Positions 28,540 to 38,921 of a stretch of DNA of 64,000 nt are shown here, piece by piece. The DNA lies in NCBI GenBank assembly GCA_964508365.1, contig CAZDTP010000009.1:20966-84965 (forward strand), written 5' to 3'. The position numbers and the translations under genes were made by a program. The first letter of the stretch is position 1. The number at the start of each line of letters is the position of its first letter. The notes beneath the pieces are model-generated. The model did not search any database. It saw nothing but the letters and a program-made list of their open reading frames with translations, and had not been told where the DNA came from. This stretch comes from an uncultured archaeon. Lineage in GTDB: Archaea; Asgardarchaeota; Lokiarchaeia; Sigyniarchaeales; SOKP01.

Positions 28540-31500
28540 TTAGGTTTGAGGATAATTATGCAAATCATCTAATAACTTAATAACCTGGAAGTTAGTAGTT
28601 TTTGAAACTTTTTTGATTATTAAATAATAATCTAATAACTTCTTTAATTCCTCATCTGCATCCTCCATTGATTTAACAAGCAATTCAATAATAGCAGTTA
28701 ACCACATCCATTTAATAAAATTATCAAATAATTCAGCATTATACCATAGAAGCTGTTGATATCGGTTAACCTTTAAATATTGCTGTATTTCGGGATCGCT
28801 AAAAAACAGTTGGAAAACTGAATACAAATCTTTTTTGTCATTTATAACTAAATTAGACCAATCATGTAAACCTATCATTAACTTAATAATCGAACCTGCT
28901 TCTAATCTCTTCTCCCCTTTATCTTTGCTCAAACCATTCAGTGTATTGTTAATATACTTAGAAAGTCTCCATTCATCGAATAGACTTCGACTTAGGAGCT
29001 TATAATTATCATTTGATTCGAATCTCCCCAATTGGTGAACAATAAGATATGAAAAAACAATACCCCATTCAACTTCAGATAATGGGAGCAAGTTTATAAA
29101 AATATCTTTATATTCCTCTGGAATTCTCAATTCTCCTACTTTGTGTTTTAGTTTTAGTAATACTTCAATTTTCAACACGATATCATGTTTAATTTCCGTA
29201 TAATCCTTTTGACTTGTTGAATAGTTTTTCACTTCAAGCAAAAACTCATCTAGATTATTGTAAATCAATTCAGCTTCTTTTCTTGCTTTTTCTGGATTTA
29301 ATAGATTTTTTAATGAGTTAGTATTGATTAAAATCTTAAAAGATTTATGCAAGGGTTGATATACAAGTTCATGTAAAGTTTCACTAATGTTAGGGACCCC
29401 CTTACCATTTAAAAGATCATGGAGCTGGGCATAATGGAAAAATTCATTATCGTTGATAATTTGAAAGTCCATAAACGAGAACATTTGATATGCATGTAGT
29501 TCTATATATAAACCATGATCATGGAGTTCCTTATTTCTTCTTATGTATTCCATTCCAGTAAGATAATCTTTAAAGATACAATATCCCTCTACTGGTAATT
29601 TTAAACCCTCTGCTAAAGTTCTCTGGACTATATCTTTATTATCGTTCACTTTTTGAACAAATCCAACTGAATTTTTGATAAAACCGCTTACCTCAGCGTA
29701 CCTATTATGATAAATTATTAATGCACACTCATTTTTAACCCGGTTAGAATACGCAAACACATCTTCGTTGACCACATTACCGGTCCAAAAGTCATACAGT
29801 AAAAAATTATCAACATTAGCAAAAAGATAGCGCTTCTTCATTATCGGGAAGATTATTCTTTTATGATGCTCAAGTAAGCCTATATTGATTTCTTCATCCC
29901 AGTAAGCCCGTCTATATTCCATACCATACTTTTCGTGATATCCCTCGATTTGACCGTGGCCAAACATTGGAAGCCCAGGCATAGTTACCATCATTAAGCA
30001 AACACCAAAGTATTTATCACCATCACCAAATTGCTTGATAGCAGTTTCTTCATCGGGATTATTCATAAAATTTACAAATCTTTTAAGAATTTCCGGATCA
30101 AATTGGAGTGTATTTTTTATTACTAAACGATACATAGCGTTATCCTCATCTCTAAGCATATTCATAAATGCAGAATTATATACACGATGCATCCCTAATG
30201 TTCTCACAAAAAATCCTTCAAGCAACCAGAATGCTTCTGCTAGTAATAATGTATCTGGATTTTCCTTATTGATCCTATCAACAACTTCTCGCCAAAACTC
30301 TGATGGCATCGCTTTATAAAACTCATCTTTAGAGATTCCATGCTCCGCTCTTGAAGGTATAGCGCCCCCAGTTCCAGGTTCTGGAAACCATAATCTTTGG
30401 TAATGTTTTCTCGTAAGAGTCATGGCAGCATCAAATCGAATAATAGGGAACATCTTGGAAATGTGTAAAATAGTTTGAATAGCGGTTTCTCGAACATCAG
30501 GGTTTAAAAAATCTAATTGAGCTGTATCGTTCCATGGAAAACTAGTACCATCATTTCCATGATAAATATACTTGACTTCACCAGTTCGAAAATTTTCATA
30601 TTTAAATGTAACTGCAGCATCTGTTCTTGTAAAATATTTATCTTCCAGATATATACCTATATTCGGATCTCCTGATAAATTATCACCTGAAAAACCATAA
30701 GAGGGAAAAGGAGAGTATGGCAAAGATATATACCAATCGGGATGTTCTAACACCCATTTTGAAACAATTCCCGTGTGATTAGGCACCACATCACAAGCGA
30801 GACGAATTCCTCTCTCTATAGCCCTATTTTTTAAATTTTCATAAGAATCATAACCGCCTAAATCATGCGCGATAACATAGTCATAAGTTGAATAAGCACT
30901 TGCTTCTGCTTCGGGATTACCACACCATCTCTTAATTGTTTTAGACGCTTGACTTCTTTCCCATAATCCAATGAGCCAAAGACCAGTAAACCCCCATTCT
31001 TTCAGTTGATTTAATTCTTCATTGGGGATATCATGTAATTTTGTAATTGTTCTATCATACTTTTTCGAAAGCTGGTCCATCCAAACATAAATATTTTTAG
31101 CGATCATGACTACCTTTGGCATCCAATCTTTATCGATAGTATAATTTTCTATTTCCATAGAATCATATTCATAAACTTCTGACTCTCCAGGACCTAATCC
31201 CCTTAACATCTCTTCTTCCCTTATAATATCAAGAGCAATTAAGATTTGGAATATGTGCTTTCCTAATATCGATCCCCAGTTGTCATGAATGTACACTAAT
31301 TGATCTCTAATTGAATGTGGATATTTTTCTACCGGTTCTGTCAACATTTTAATTAAATTCTGATTATTAGGTCCAAATTTAGCTTTTTCTTCAAAAAAGG
31401 TAGTGATATCATCGATGATTTCCCTATAAGCTGTCTGCTTTTCAAGTAATTCATCGTCAAATAGTTCGATAAAAGGAGAATAGGAGGGATTCATATTTCC

Positions 31501-31962
31501 GAGCCAAAGATTTACAAATTCATCAACAAAATGGATTTCATTATCAACTCCCCCTCCTTCATCTTTTAAAAACTCTTCAATTTTTAATTCCTCTTGGTAT
31601 ACAATATCTGGAGGAAATTCCTCTATTAAGGAATAGATTGCCTCTTCTAATTTAGAACTACCAATTTTATTTTCTAAAAATTCATACAGTTCATTATTTA
31701 ACCGTATATTCTGGGTTTCTTCTTTGTACAAATTGAATATGAATTTATTAATTTCGTACATTAATACCATTCCATTGAATTCGCCAATTCGAATAGCCAT
31801 TTCCGGATAGTTAATTAAATCTCTTTTTTGATTTAATTTTTGAACGAACATCCTAACTAAATGGATATCTCCGTTAAATTCAATATTACCCTTTTCGGAA
31901 AATTTAAACTCAGCAAATTCGTACTTATTTCTTGCATCTCTCGAGATTTTCATGAGAATCAC
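28540..31962 (-). CDS. Large GH13 alpha-amylase-family protein
   Basis: DVVPNH (region I), RFDAAM (nucleophile Asp), LLAEAFW (acid/base Glu), NNPDEE (region IV), long N- and C-terminal extensions. Confidence 0.9.
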   Translation of the reverse strand: MILMKISRDARNKYEFAEFKFSEKGNIEFNGDIHLVRMFVQKLNQKRDLINYPEMAIRIGEFNGMVLMYEINKFIFNLYKEETQNIRLNNELYEFLENKIGSSKLEEAIYSLIEEFPPDIVYQEELKIEEFLKDEGGGVDNEIHFVDEFVNLWLGNMNPSYSPFIELFDDELLEKQTAYREIIDDITTFFEEKAKFGPNNQNLIKMLTEPVEKYPHSIRDQLVYIHDNWGSILGKHIFQILIALDIIREEEMLRGLGPGESEVYEYDSMEIENYTIDKDWMPKVVMIAKNIYVWMDQLSKKYDRTITKLHDIPNEELNQLKEWGFTGLWLIGLWERSQASKTIKRWCGNPEAEASAYSTYDYVIAHDLGGYDSYENLKNRAIERGIRLACDVVPNHTGIVSKWVLEHPDWYISLPYSPFPSYGFSGDNLSGDPNIGIYLEDKYFTRTDAAVTFKYENFRTGEVKYIYHGNDGTSFPWNDTAQLDFLNPDVRETAIQTILHISKMFPIIRFDAAMTLTRKHYQRLWFPEPGTGGAIPSRAEHGISKDEFYKAMPSEFWREVVDRINKENPDTLLLAEAFWLLEGFFVRTLGMHRVYNSAFMNMLRDEDNAMYRLVIKNTLQFDPEILKRFVNFMNNPDEETAIKQFGDGDKYFGVCLMMVTMPGLPMFGHGQIEGYHEKYGMEYRRAYWDEEINIGLLEHHKRIIFPIMKKRYLFANVDNFLLYDFWTGNVVNEDVFAYSNRVKNECALIIYHNRYAEVSGFIKNSVGFVQKVNDNKDIVQRTLAEGLKLPVEGYCIFKDYLTGMEYIRRNKELHDHGLYIELHAYQMFSFMDFQIINDNEFFHYAQLHDLLNGKGVPNISETLHELVYQPLHKSFKILINTNSLKNLLNPEKARKEAELIYNNLDEFLLEVKNYSTSQKDYTEIKHDIVLKIEVLLKLKHKVGELRIPEEYKDIFINLLPLSEVEWGIVFSYLIVHQLGRFESNDNYKLLSRSLFDEWRLSKYINNTLNGLSKDKGEKRLEAGSIIKLMIGLHDWSNLVINDKKDLYSVFQLFFSDPEIQQYLKVNRYQQLLWYNAELFDNFIKWMWLTAIIELLVKSMEDADEELKKLLDYYLIIKKVSKTTNFQVIKLLDDLHNYPQT

Positions 31963-32091
31963 GACTTATTACTTTATAATTTTATTAATTGTGCCCTAAC
32001 ATTAATTAACAAATGTATTTTTAAACGAAAGTTATTATTTTAAAGCAAGCTATACTAATTATAGTTTACAATTCGATAATTCAAAATTTGA

Positions 32092-33486
32092 ATGGTTAAA
32101 ATGACTTCACGCGTACAAACCTTAGATGAACTTAATAAAAATGGTCGAATTGTGGGAAGGGCTAATTATATATTTACACCCGAGATATCGAGTTCTATTG
32201 GTTCTATTCATGGGAGTTCTTTTAAGGAAGACGAGACGATTGTTATTGGACGAGATTATCATAACGATAGCCGCATGTTAAAGAGAGCATATACTGCCGG
32301 TGTAATGAGCACTGGAGTAAATGTATTGAATCTATCAGAATCTACATTTCCATTATTAGAATTCACCATAAGGCGATTTGGAGCAAGCGGAGGAACCTAT
32401 TTTTCAGGAGGTCATCTTTATAGTGAAGATGTCGGAGTAAGATTTGCAGATGCAGGAGGAATAGAATTAGCTCCTCTGGAAATAAAAAAAATCATTGAAT
32501 CATACAATACGTACCCAACTCAAATTAGACGTGTTGAACCTAGGAAGATTGGACGTATTATTGAAATCCCTCAGACTCAAGATGTGTATATTAAATCGTT
32601 AGAACAATTTGTCAACAAAAAACTAATCAAAAAGGCTAATTTAAAAATAGTTGTAGATTGTTCATTCAGTCCAACTGGAAAAATAACTCCTCTCTTAATC
32701 AATGAAGTAGGGGTTGAAGTAATTGCGCTAAATACTCATTATCGTGAGAGATCACTAGTTCCTGTTCCAAGCATAAATACAATTAAGAATACTGCGGATA
32801 TCGTAAAAGCATCAAATAGTCATTTAGGAGTATGTTTTGATGTTGATGGATCACGATTATTAGCAATAGATGAAAATGGCTCAGAAATTAGTTTCGAAGA
32901 TATGTTGATGTTGTTCGTTGCTTATGATGAAGGAATCCAAAAGGCTAAAAATAGTACGATAGTTATGACACCTTCAATCTCTCGCGTTGTTAAAGATTTT
33001 ATAAAGGCGAGTGGACATCCAATCAAATTCGTAGAAAATTACCCAGGTGAGCTTTCGCGTCAAATTAGACAAGAACGAGCTTGTTTTGCAGCAGCAGATT
33101 CCTTGAAATTTTATTTTCCGCATTATTCTCCTATAAGCGATGGTAACTATATTTTACTCAAAATTTTAGAAATAATGGCTATTCAAAAGGATTTAATAAG
33201 TTCTCTTACGAAAGGGTTTCCCAAGGGTATAAAAGTCAATAAAACAATACCAGTTTCATCAGAGGTATTGGAAACAATACATAACAGATTAATCGAGTTT
33301 GCAGATGAACACAACTTAACGTATCAAGATATAATAAATGAAATAAAAATAATTGATGATGATATATACATAATTATTAGAGCAGCTCTTAATAGAAATG
33401 CGGTATTACTCTCTGCAGAGTCAGATAACAAAATTAAATCAGAAAAAATGATTTCGGAGCTTTCAGAAATAATTTCCAAATTTTAA
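32092..33486 (+). CDS. Alpha-D-phosphohexomutase (PGM/PMM)-fold protein with degenerate active site
   Basis: TPE...G, IGRD...SRMLKRA, VVDC..S.TG, DG...L.KILE; the TASHNP position reads FSGGHL and the DGDGDR loop reads DVDGSR. Confidence 0.85.
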   Translation: MVKMTSRVQTLDELNKNGRIVGRANYIFTPEISSSIGSIHGSSFKEDETIVIGRDYHNDSRMLKRAYTAGVMSTGVNVLNLSESTFPLLEFTIRRFGASGGTYFSGGHLYSEDVGVRFADAGGIELAPLEIKKIIESYNTYPTQIRRVEPRKIGRIIEIPQTQDVYIKSLEQFVNKKLIKKANLKIVVDCSFSPTGKITPLLINEVGVEVIALNTHYRERSLVPVPSINTIKNTADIVKASNSHLGVCFDVDGSRLLAIDENGSEISFEDMLMLFVAYDEGIQKAKNSTIVMTPSISRVVKDFIKASGHPIKFVENYPGELSRQIRQERACFAAADSLKFYFPHYSPISDGNYILLKILEIMAIQKDLISSLTKGFPKGIKVNKTIPVSSEVLETIHNRLIEFADEHNLTYQDIINEIKIIDDDIYIIIRAALNRNAVLLSAESDNKIKSEKMISELSEIISKF

Positions 33487-33668
33487 TCACCAAAAACACT
33501 AAAATTTAATTACATGAAAAGTTAAATTATTACTAATTTCATAATATTATTTTTAATACCATGAAGCGAAATCAAAAATGGTCTGGTATTAATTTAAAAT
33601 AATATGTTGTTATAATATATATAATTGATAACTAAATTAAAAATAATAATAAGAAGGGAGTATTAATT

Positions 33669-34361
33669 GTGGCTGGATTTGATATAAATTCTATAATTAT
33701 CACAGGAACTTTATTCGTTATATTTGGAGTCTTTTTATTTTTTGATCTGTTCAAGAGAAACGAAAGATATGGTTATTTAGCGTATATTGTTGCTCTAGTA
33801 CCTATAAATTTCCTTTGGTTTCTTCAGTTTGATGTTCTTGGGGTGTACTTAATATTATTTATCCTATGGAATTTATGCTTATTAAGGGACCTGTTTGGAG
33901 TAGCACGTACAAAGGATCCAAAAGAAATCAACGACATAGTATTGTACTTGGTATTAGGAGTAATCATCCAAATCATTATAACAGCGATTTTACCAGTGTC
34001 AATAATAAGTATGCAAACTAATACTATTCCATATGGATTTTTCTATTTTCCTGATATTTATACTGAGGCATTTGGTATTGAACTTTGGGTGAATCCTACA
34101 ATATTGTTGGCCTTCCGAATTACTGCTTCTGTGTTAATAGGATTAGTCATCGTTCCTTTGCTTGTTGATCTTAGAGATGAAGAGGTACCTCTTCCAGTAT
34201 TCATAATTATAATTGGTTTGTTTATCCTACCTTTTCTATATCTAAGTTATATATGGCTACCCGAAGCAATGGGAGTATTAACTTTTCTTATGAGCGTAAT
34301 CTTGTTTATCGTGCTATTACTTATCACTCGTAGTGGGAAGGAAGTCCAGAAAAAGAAATAA
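33669..34361 (+). CDS. Hypothetical polytopic membrane protein
   Basis: About 7 hydrophobic helices; GTG start after GGGAG. Confidence 0.75.
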   Translation: MAGFDINSIIITGTLFVIFGVFLFFDLFKRNERYGYLAYIVALVPINFLWFLQFDVLGVYLILFILWNLCLLRDLFGVARTKDPKEINDIVLYLVLGVIIQIIITAILPVSIISMQTNTIPYGFFYFPDIYTEAFGIELWVNPTILLAFRITASVLIGLVIVPLLVDLRDEEVPLPVFIIIIGLFILPFLYLSYIWLPEAMGVLTFLMSVILFIVLLLITRSGKEVQKKK

Positions 34362-34390
34362 ACTATAATTTTTATTTTTTTGTTATTATT

Positions 34391-34398
34391 TTTATATA
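34391..34398 (+). promoter_or_regulatory. TATA-box candidate for radA
   Basis: TTTATATA about 64-71 nt upstream of the radA ATG. Confidence 0.4.
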
Positions 34399-34461
34399 TA
34401 TAGAATTAAACATTATCGAAATCAGTAAAAATAATATAAAACCTTAAGTGGTGCTAAGGCA

Positions 34462-35460
34462 ATGGCTAAGAAAAATGCAGAATCTAAAGAAGATGAACAA
34501 AATGGTACAATTAAAACTGAAGTAGTTTACAATCTTAAGGACCTACCCGGAGTAGGAGATACTACTGTAAAAAAGTTACAAGACTCGGGCATTGTTTCAA
34601 TTAGGACTTTAGCTATTTATCCCATTACTAAATTGATGGAAGATGCGGGGATAGGAGAAAAAACTGCTCAAAAGATAATTAAAGCTGCTCAAGATATTGA
34701 AAATATGGGCTTTAAAAGTGCTGATATAATCTGGGAAAAGAGAAAACAAATGAATAGGTTAACAACAAGCAGTTCTACATTAGACGAAATATTAGCAGGA
34801 GGTGTGGAACCAGGGTCTGTAACTGAATTTTATGGTGAATATAGAACAGGAAAAACTCAAATAGCTCATCAACTTTGTGTTAATGTCCAACTACCATATG
34901 ACGAAGGAGGACTTGAAGGTAATGCACTTTATATCGATACTGAAGCAACCTTTAGACCTGAAAGAATAATTCAGATGGCTGAAGCTAAAGACTTGGATTA
35001 TCATAAGATACTACAAAATATCACTGTTGGTAGAGCATATAATTCGGATCATCAAGTACTCCTAATCCAAGAAGCAGCAAAGATCGTTAAAGAAAAAAAT
35101 ATTAAACTGGTTGTTGTAGATTCAATAATAGGACATTTTCGTAGCGAATATGTTGGAAGAGGCACATTAGCTAATCGTCAACAAACTTTGAATGTCCATA
35201 TTCATGATTTATTGCGATTAACGGAAATCTTTGACGAATTAGCTGTCATTTTTACAAATCAAGTTTCGTCGAAACCTGATGTATTTTATGGAAATCCCAC
35301 AGTCGCTACTGGAGGAAATATTTTAGCTCACGGGGCTACTGTAAGAATTTATTTAAGAAAAGGGAAGGGAGAACAGAGAGTAGCAAAAATGATTGACGCG
35401 CCTCATTTACCCGAAGCAGAGGCAGTTTTCTCAATTACTGATGGTGGGATAAAAGATTAA
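34462..35460 (+). CDS. radA: DNA repair and recombination protein RadA
   Basis: N-terminal HhH domain, GEYRTGKTQ Walker A, YIDTEATFRPERI, LVVVDS, YLRKGKGEQRVAKMIDAPHLPE. Confidence 0.97.
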   Translation: MAKKNAESKEDEQNGTIKTEVVYNLKDLPGVGDTTVKKLQDSGIVSIRTLAIYPITKLMEDAGIGEKTAQKIIKAAQDIENMGFKSADIIWEKRKQMNRLTTSSSTLDEILAGGVEPGSVTEFYGEYRTGKTQIAHQLCVNVQLPYDEGGLEGNALYIDTEATFRPERIIQMAEAKDLDYHKILQNITVGRAYNSDHQVLLIQEAAKIVKEKNIKLVVVDSIIGHFRSEYVGRGTLANRQQTLNVHIHDLLRLTEIFDELAVIFTNQVSSKPDVFYGNPTVATGGNILAHGATVRIYLRKGKGEQRVAKMIDAPHLPEAEAVFSITDGGIKD

Positions 35461-35636
35461 CGAAGTGCGTTAACTAAATTAAAAGAAATAATAATAATTA
35501 ATAGTTGAGATTTAGTTCAATATCAATGCCTTCTCTTACGGCTGGAGTAACAATGTAATATTTCTCGAACATCTTTTACATTATTTTATTTTATCAATTA
35601 CAATTTAGAATACATAATAGAATTTTTTTATAATTT

Positions 35637-36998
35637 TTAAAGGCATTTTTTCCTCGCTACATTCGCGGCTATAAGAATAGAATCCCAAACTGGAGCAAAG
35701 GGAGGTGCATAAGAAAGATCAAGCTTTTGAATATCTTCTATTGTCATTTTCGCTGCTAATGCTGTTGCTAGAACATCTATTTTCTTTCCACCTAACGGAG
35801 AAGGCGCCGTAATCTCTGCTCCTAACAGATGATGAGTTTTCACGTCAAATAATAAATATGTAGTCATTTTGAGTTCGAACTGATTTCCTCTATTTGGATA
35901 ATAATGAGCGATTTCGTTGCTTTCTACTAAAACTGAATCCGTTTCATATCCTAATTCTTTAGCTTCTGTTTCTGTAATCCCAGTTTTTCCACAATATAAA
36001 TCAAATACTTTCCAAACAGAAGTTCCAAGTACCCCAGGAAATGGATCTACTTTTTTACCTGCAATTACATTTCCAGCAATTCTTCCTTGTTTATTCGCAG
36101 CGGGGGCAAGAGGGATATATGCTTTTCTTTTTAAAATTTGATGGTAAACTGTTGTGCAATCACCAGCTGCAAAAACATTTTCAATATTAGTTCTCATGTA
36201 CTCATCTACAATTATTGCGCCATTTATCATTTTCAGTTTTGTACCTTTAAAAATATCCGTATTCGGCACTACTCCTATAGAAATCTGTATAAAATCTGCT
36301 TCTAAAGACTCTCCATCCTCAAAATTAATCCTTAATCGTTTGTCTGAAATAGCTTCTAGGTTTTTAGCATATTTTCCGAGAATCACTTTGATTCCGTTTT
36401 TTTTAAGTTCTTTTTTAATATATTCTTGGCTTTTTGTCCTAAAAATCAGCCGGGGTCCAACTATAGTTAAATCATCAATACCTTGTGCTTTATAGGCTTC
36501 GACCAGTTCCAGATTGATATAACCAGCTCCAAGAAGAATTCCAGATTTGAGTCCTTTTCCGTTTAGAAAATTTTTTACTTTATCAGCATCCTCGATAGTA
36601 TGTACATGAAAGATATGATTATGTTCAAGAATTAGTTCCGGACGCATTTTGGGTTTACCACCAGTCGCAATTACCAAGTAGTCATAGTCTCTCTCGAAGA
36701 TTTCATTAGTCTTAATATCTTTAACTTTAATTATTTTTGCATTAAAATTTACAGATAATACCTCTTGATATATGTGAACTGGAATATTTCTTGTTTCTAG
36801 AAATTCTTCTTTGGTAATAGTAATTAACTTATCTCGATCTTCAACGATTCCACTTATATAATAAGGAAGACCACATGAACCATATGAAATATAAGGCCCT
36901 TTTTCGTAAACATCAATTATCCAATCGGGATGTGCTCTTCTTACTGCACTCGCAGCACTCAAACCAGCTGGATTTCCTCCTATTACAACTAATTTCAT
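35637..36998 (-). CDS. CoA-disulfide reductase/NADH oxidase-family flavoprotein
   Basis: IGGNPAGLSAA, SYGSCGLPY (redox Cys), FAAGDC, PLAPAANKQGR, LDLSYAPPF. Confidence 0.92.
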   Translation of the reverse strand: MKLVVIGGNPAGLSAASAVRRAHPDWIIDVYEKGPYISYGSCGLPYYISGIVEDRDKLITITKEEFLETRNIPVHIYQEVLSVNFNAKIIKVKDIKTNEIFERDYDYLVIATGGKPKMRPELILEHNHIFHVHTIEDADKVKNFLNGKGLKSGILLGAGYINLELVEAYKAQGIDDLTIVGPRLIFRTKSQEYIKKELKKNGIKVILGKYAKNLEAISDKRLRINFEDGESLEADFIQISIGVVPNTDIFKGTKLKMINGAIIVDEYMRTNIENVFAAGDCTTVYHQILKRKAYIPLAPAANKQGRIAGNVIAGKKVDPFPGVLGTSVWKVFDLYCGKTGITETEAKELGYETDSVLVESNEIAHYYPNRGNQFELKMTTYLLFDVKTHHLLGAEITAPSPLGGKKIDVLATALAAKMTIEDIQKLDLSYAPPFAPVWDSILIAANVARKKCL

Positions 36999-37209
36999 CT
37001 TTTTTTAACTTTTTTAATGTTTTAAAAATATAAAAAACAAATGATTGATTTTATTAAAACATAAATGAATATTTTATTTTCTTATTAATCGTTTAAGATT
37101 ATCCAAATGTTATACTATTTATAATTTTTTAAGATAAAACCAATTGTTTTAAATCTAATTCGAGAATTTCTTATTTTAGAAGTTGTAAATAAAGGAGAAT
37201 AGCTAAAAA

Positions 37210-37806
37210 TCATACTTCCTTGTTTTCTATGCTTTTCAATTTAAAATGTCGAGTTAAATGAAAAAATAATCCTATAAAATAAAGAATTATGATAAAAATA
37301 AATTGAATGGCAAATATGATAGTAAATACCAACATAAGGATAAATAATATTGCTTCAATTCCCAAACTTACCTTGCTACTATAATATTTTGAATCGAAAA
37401 AAGATTCTGCTTTTTTGAATTTTGACAAGTATTTAGATAGATTTTCAAATTCCTCCTTTGATATTAATAATTTCAAACCAATTTGCTTTTTTTGAAAATA
37501 GAATAAATTAGTACCCCAATCAAAAGTGTCTATAATAACATGGATAGAATACGCTACACCGCTAAAAGCTAATATTGACCAATTAATAATTATTCCAAAC
37601 AATAGCATAAGAAAACCAGGAATTATTGAATGAGAAATAAGCATCCTATGATTGTGATCTATTGCATATTTAGTAAAAAATACATCAAGATCGCAAATAA
37701 AAGAAAACAAAACGATGAAAACGAATTCAAATAAAGAAAAGCTGTAGAAATAGTTTAAAATTGAAGCAAATATTACACCTACGGCAAAATGACTGTTTAT
37801 ATGCAA
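37210..37806 (-). CDS. Membrane-bound metal-dependent hydrolase (YdjM-like)
   Basis: N-terminal SH, CDLD, HR.LISHS, HVIIDTF metal-ligand pattern with TM helices. Confidence 0.75.
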   Translation of the reverse strand: MHINSHFAVGVIFASILNYFYSFSLFEFVFIVLFSFICDLDVFFTKYAIDHNHRMLISHSIIPGFLMLLFGIIINWSILAFSGVAYSIHVIIDTFDWGTNLFYFQKKQIGLKLLISKEEFENLSKYLSKFKKAESFFDSKYYSSKVSLGIEAILFILMLVFTIIFAIQFIFIIILYFIGLFFHLTRHFKLKSIENKEV

Positions 37807-37826
37807 TTTTTTTACCTAAAAAAGAT

Positions 37827-38807
37827 TTAATTAATATAATTTTTGCTTGCTACTCTTTTTAAAATTCTTTTTCTTGTTTCAAATCCCTTTGGACCCTTTT
37901 TTTCCACTAAAAAAGAAGCTGCTGCTGAAGCTAGGTGAGCGTTTTTTTCAATCTCCTCCCAAGTCATATCAGAATTCAATAATTCATATAAAAATATTGT
38001 TAAATAAACATCTCCTGCTCCAGTTTCATCTAAAACTCTCTTTGGTGTATAAGCAGGTATTTTTAAAAGATTTTGACCATTTTTTAATATCAATGATCCT
38101 GCTTCTCCCATTGTCATAATATATATTGCTTTATTCTCAAATTTCTTGAAATAATCCATTACTTTTTGAGGTTCTGTATGATTTGATAATAATTTCATCT
38201 CAACTTCAGATCCCTTAAGAATTAGTCTATCTCCAATTAAATTAATTATCTCTATCATATTTGAGATAATAGCTTCATCTCTAACATACGATACTCCTCC
38301 ATCGCCATTAATATATCTAATAAATCCCTGCAAGTCAATTCCAAGATAGGTATTTGGAAACGTACTTACTACTTTTGATACATATTCTAAAGAAATTTCG
38401 TTACACAGAGGTGCTAGTACAAGAATGCTAGGAGGAGTAGACAGGATTTTTTCGGGAATATCTTCAAATATTAGTTTAGGACTGCAGGATTTAAGAGTTA
38501 ATCTCCTCGAATGATTTGAATAATTTAATTCAAAATCAGTGTTATCAGTTTCGAATGTTTTTACACCGCTGAAATCAATATTCTTATCGCTAAAATGTTT
38601 TAATAAAGATTTATTAAAATTTTGAATTCCTAAATTAGAGATAATGCTAATTTTTATTGAATTTGTATACTTTTTAAGAGCAAGGGACCCGAAAGTCACA
38701 GATCCACCTAAGGACGGTTTTCTTTTTTGTTTAAACCGAATGATTGTATCAATTGCATAATGTCCAATGAGTAAAAATGATACTGATTCTTTCTTTCGAA
38801 TAACCAT
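37827..38807 (-). CDS. PfkB/ribokinase-family carbohydrate kinase
   Basis: GGSVTF, IDLQGF.R, TMGEAGS, DETGAGDVY. Confidence 0.9.
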   Translation of the reverse strand: MVIRKKESVSFLLIGHYAIDTIIRFKQKRKPSLGGSVTFGSLALKKYTNSIKISIISNLGIQNFNKSLLKHFSDKNIDFSGVKTFETDNTDFELNYSNHSRRLTLKSCSPKLIFEDIPEKILSTPPSILVLAPLCNEISLEYVSKVVSTFPNTYLGIDLQGFIRYINGDGGVSYVRDEAIISNMIEIINLIGDRLILKGSEVEMKLLSNHTEPQKVMDYFKKFENKAIYIMTMGEAGSLILKNGQNLLKIPAYTPKRVLDETGAGDVYLTIFLYELLNSDMTWEEIEKNAHLASAAASFLVEKKGPKGFETRKRILKRVASKNYIN

Positions 38808-38921
38808 CTATTCTTCATTAAATATCTTATTATTCATAAAATTTACTTAATAAAAAGTGAGTGAGAGAATTCAATAGTCATTTCACGAAAAAGCTTTTCA
38901 AATTTGTAAAAGGAGGTTTAA

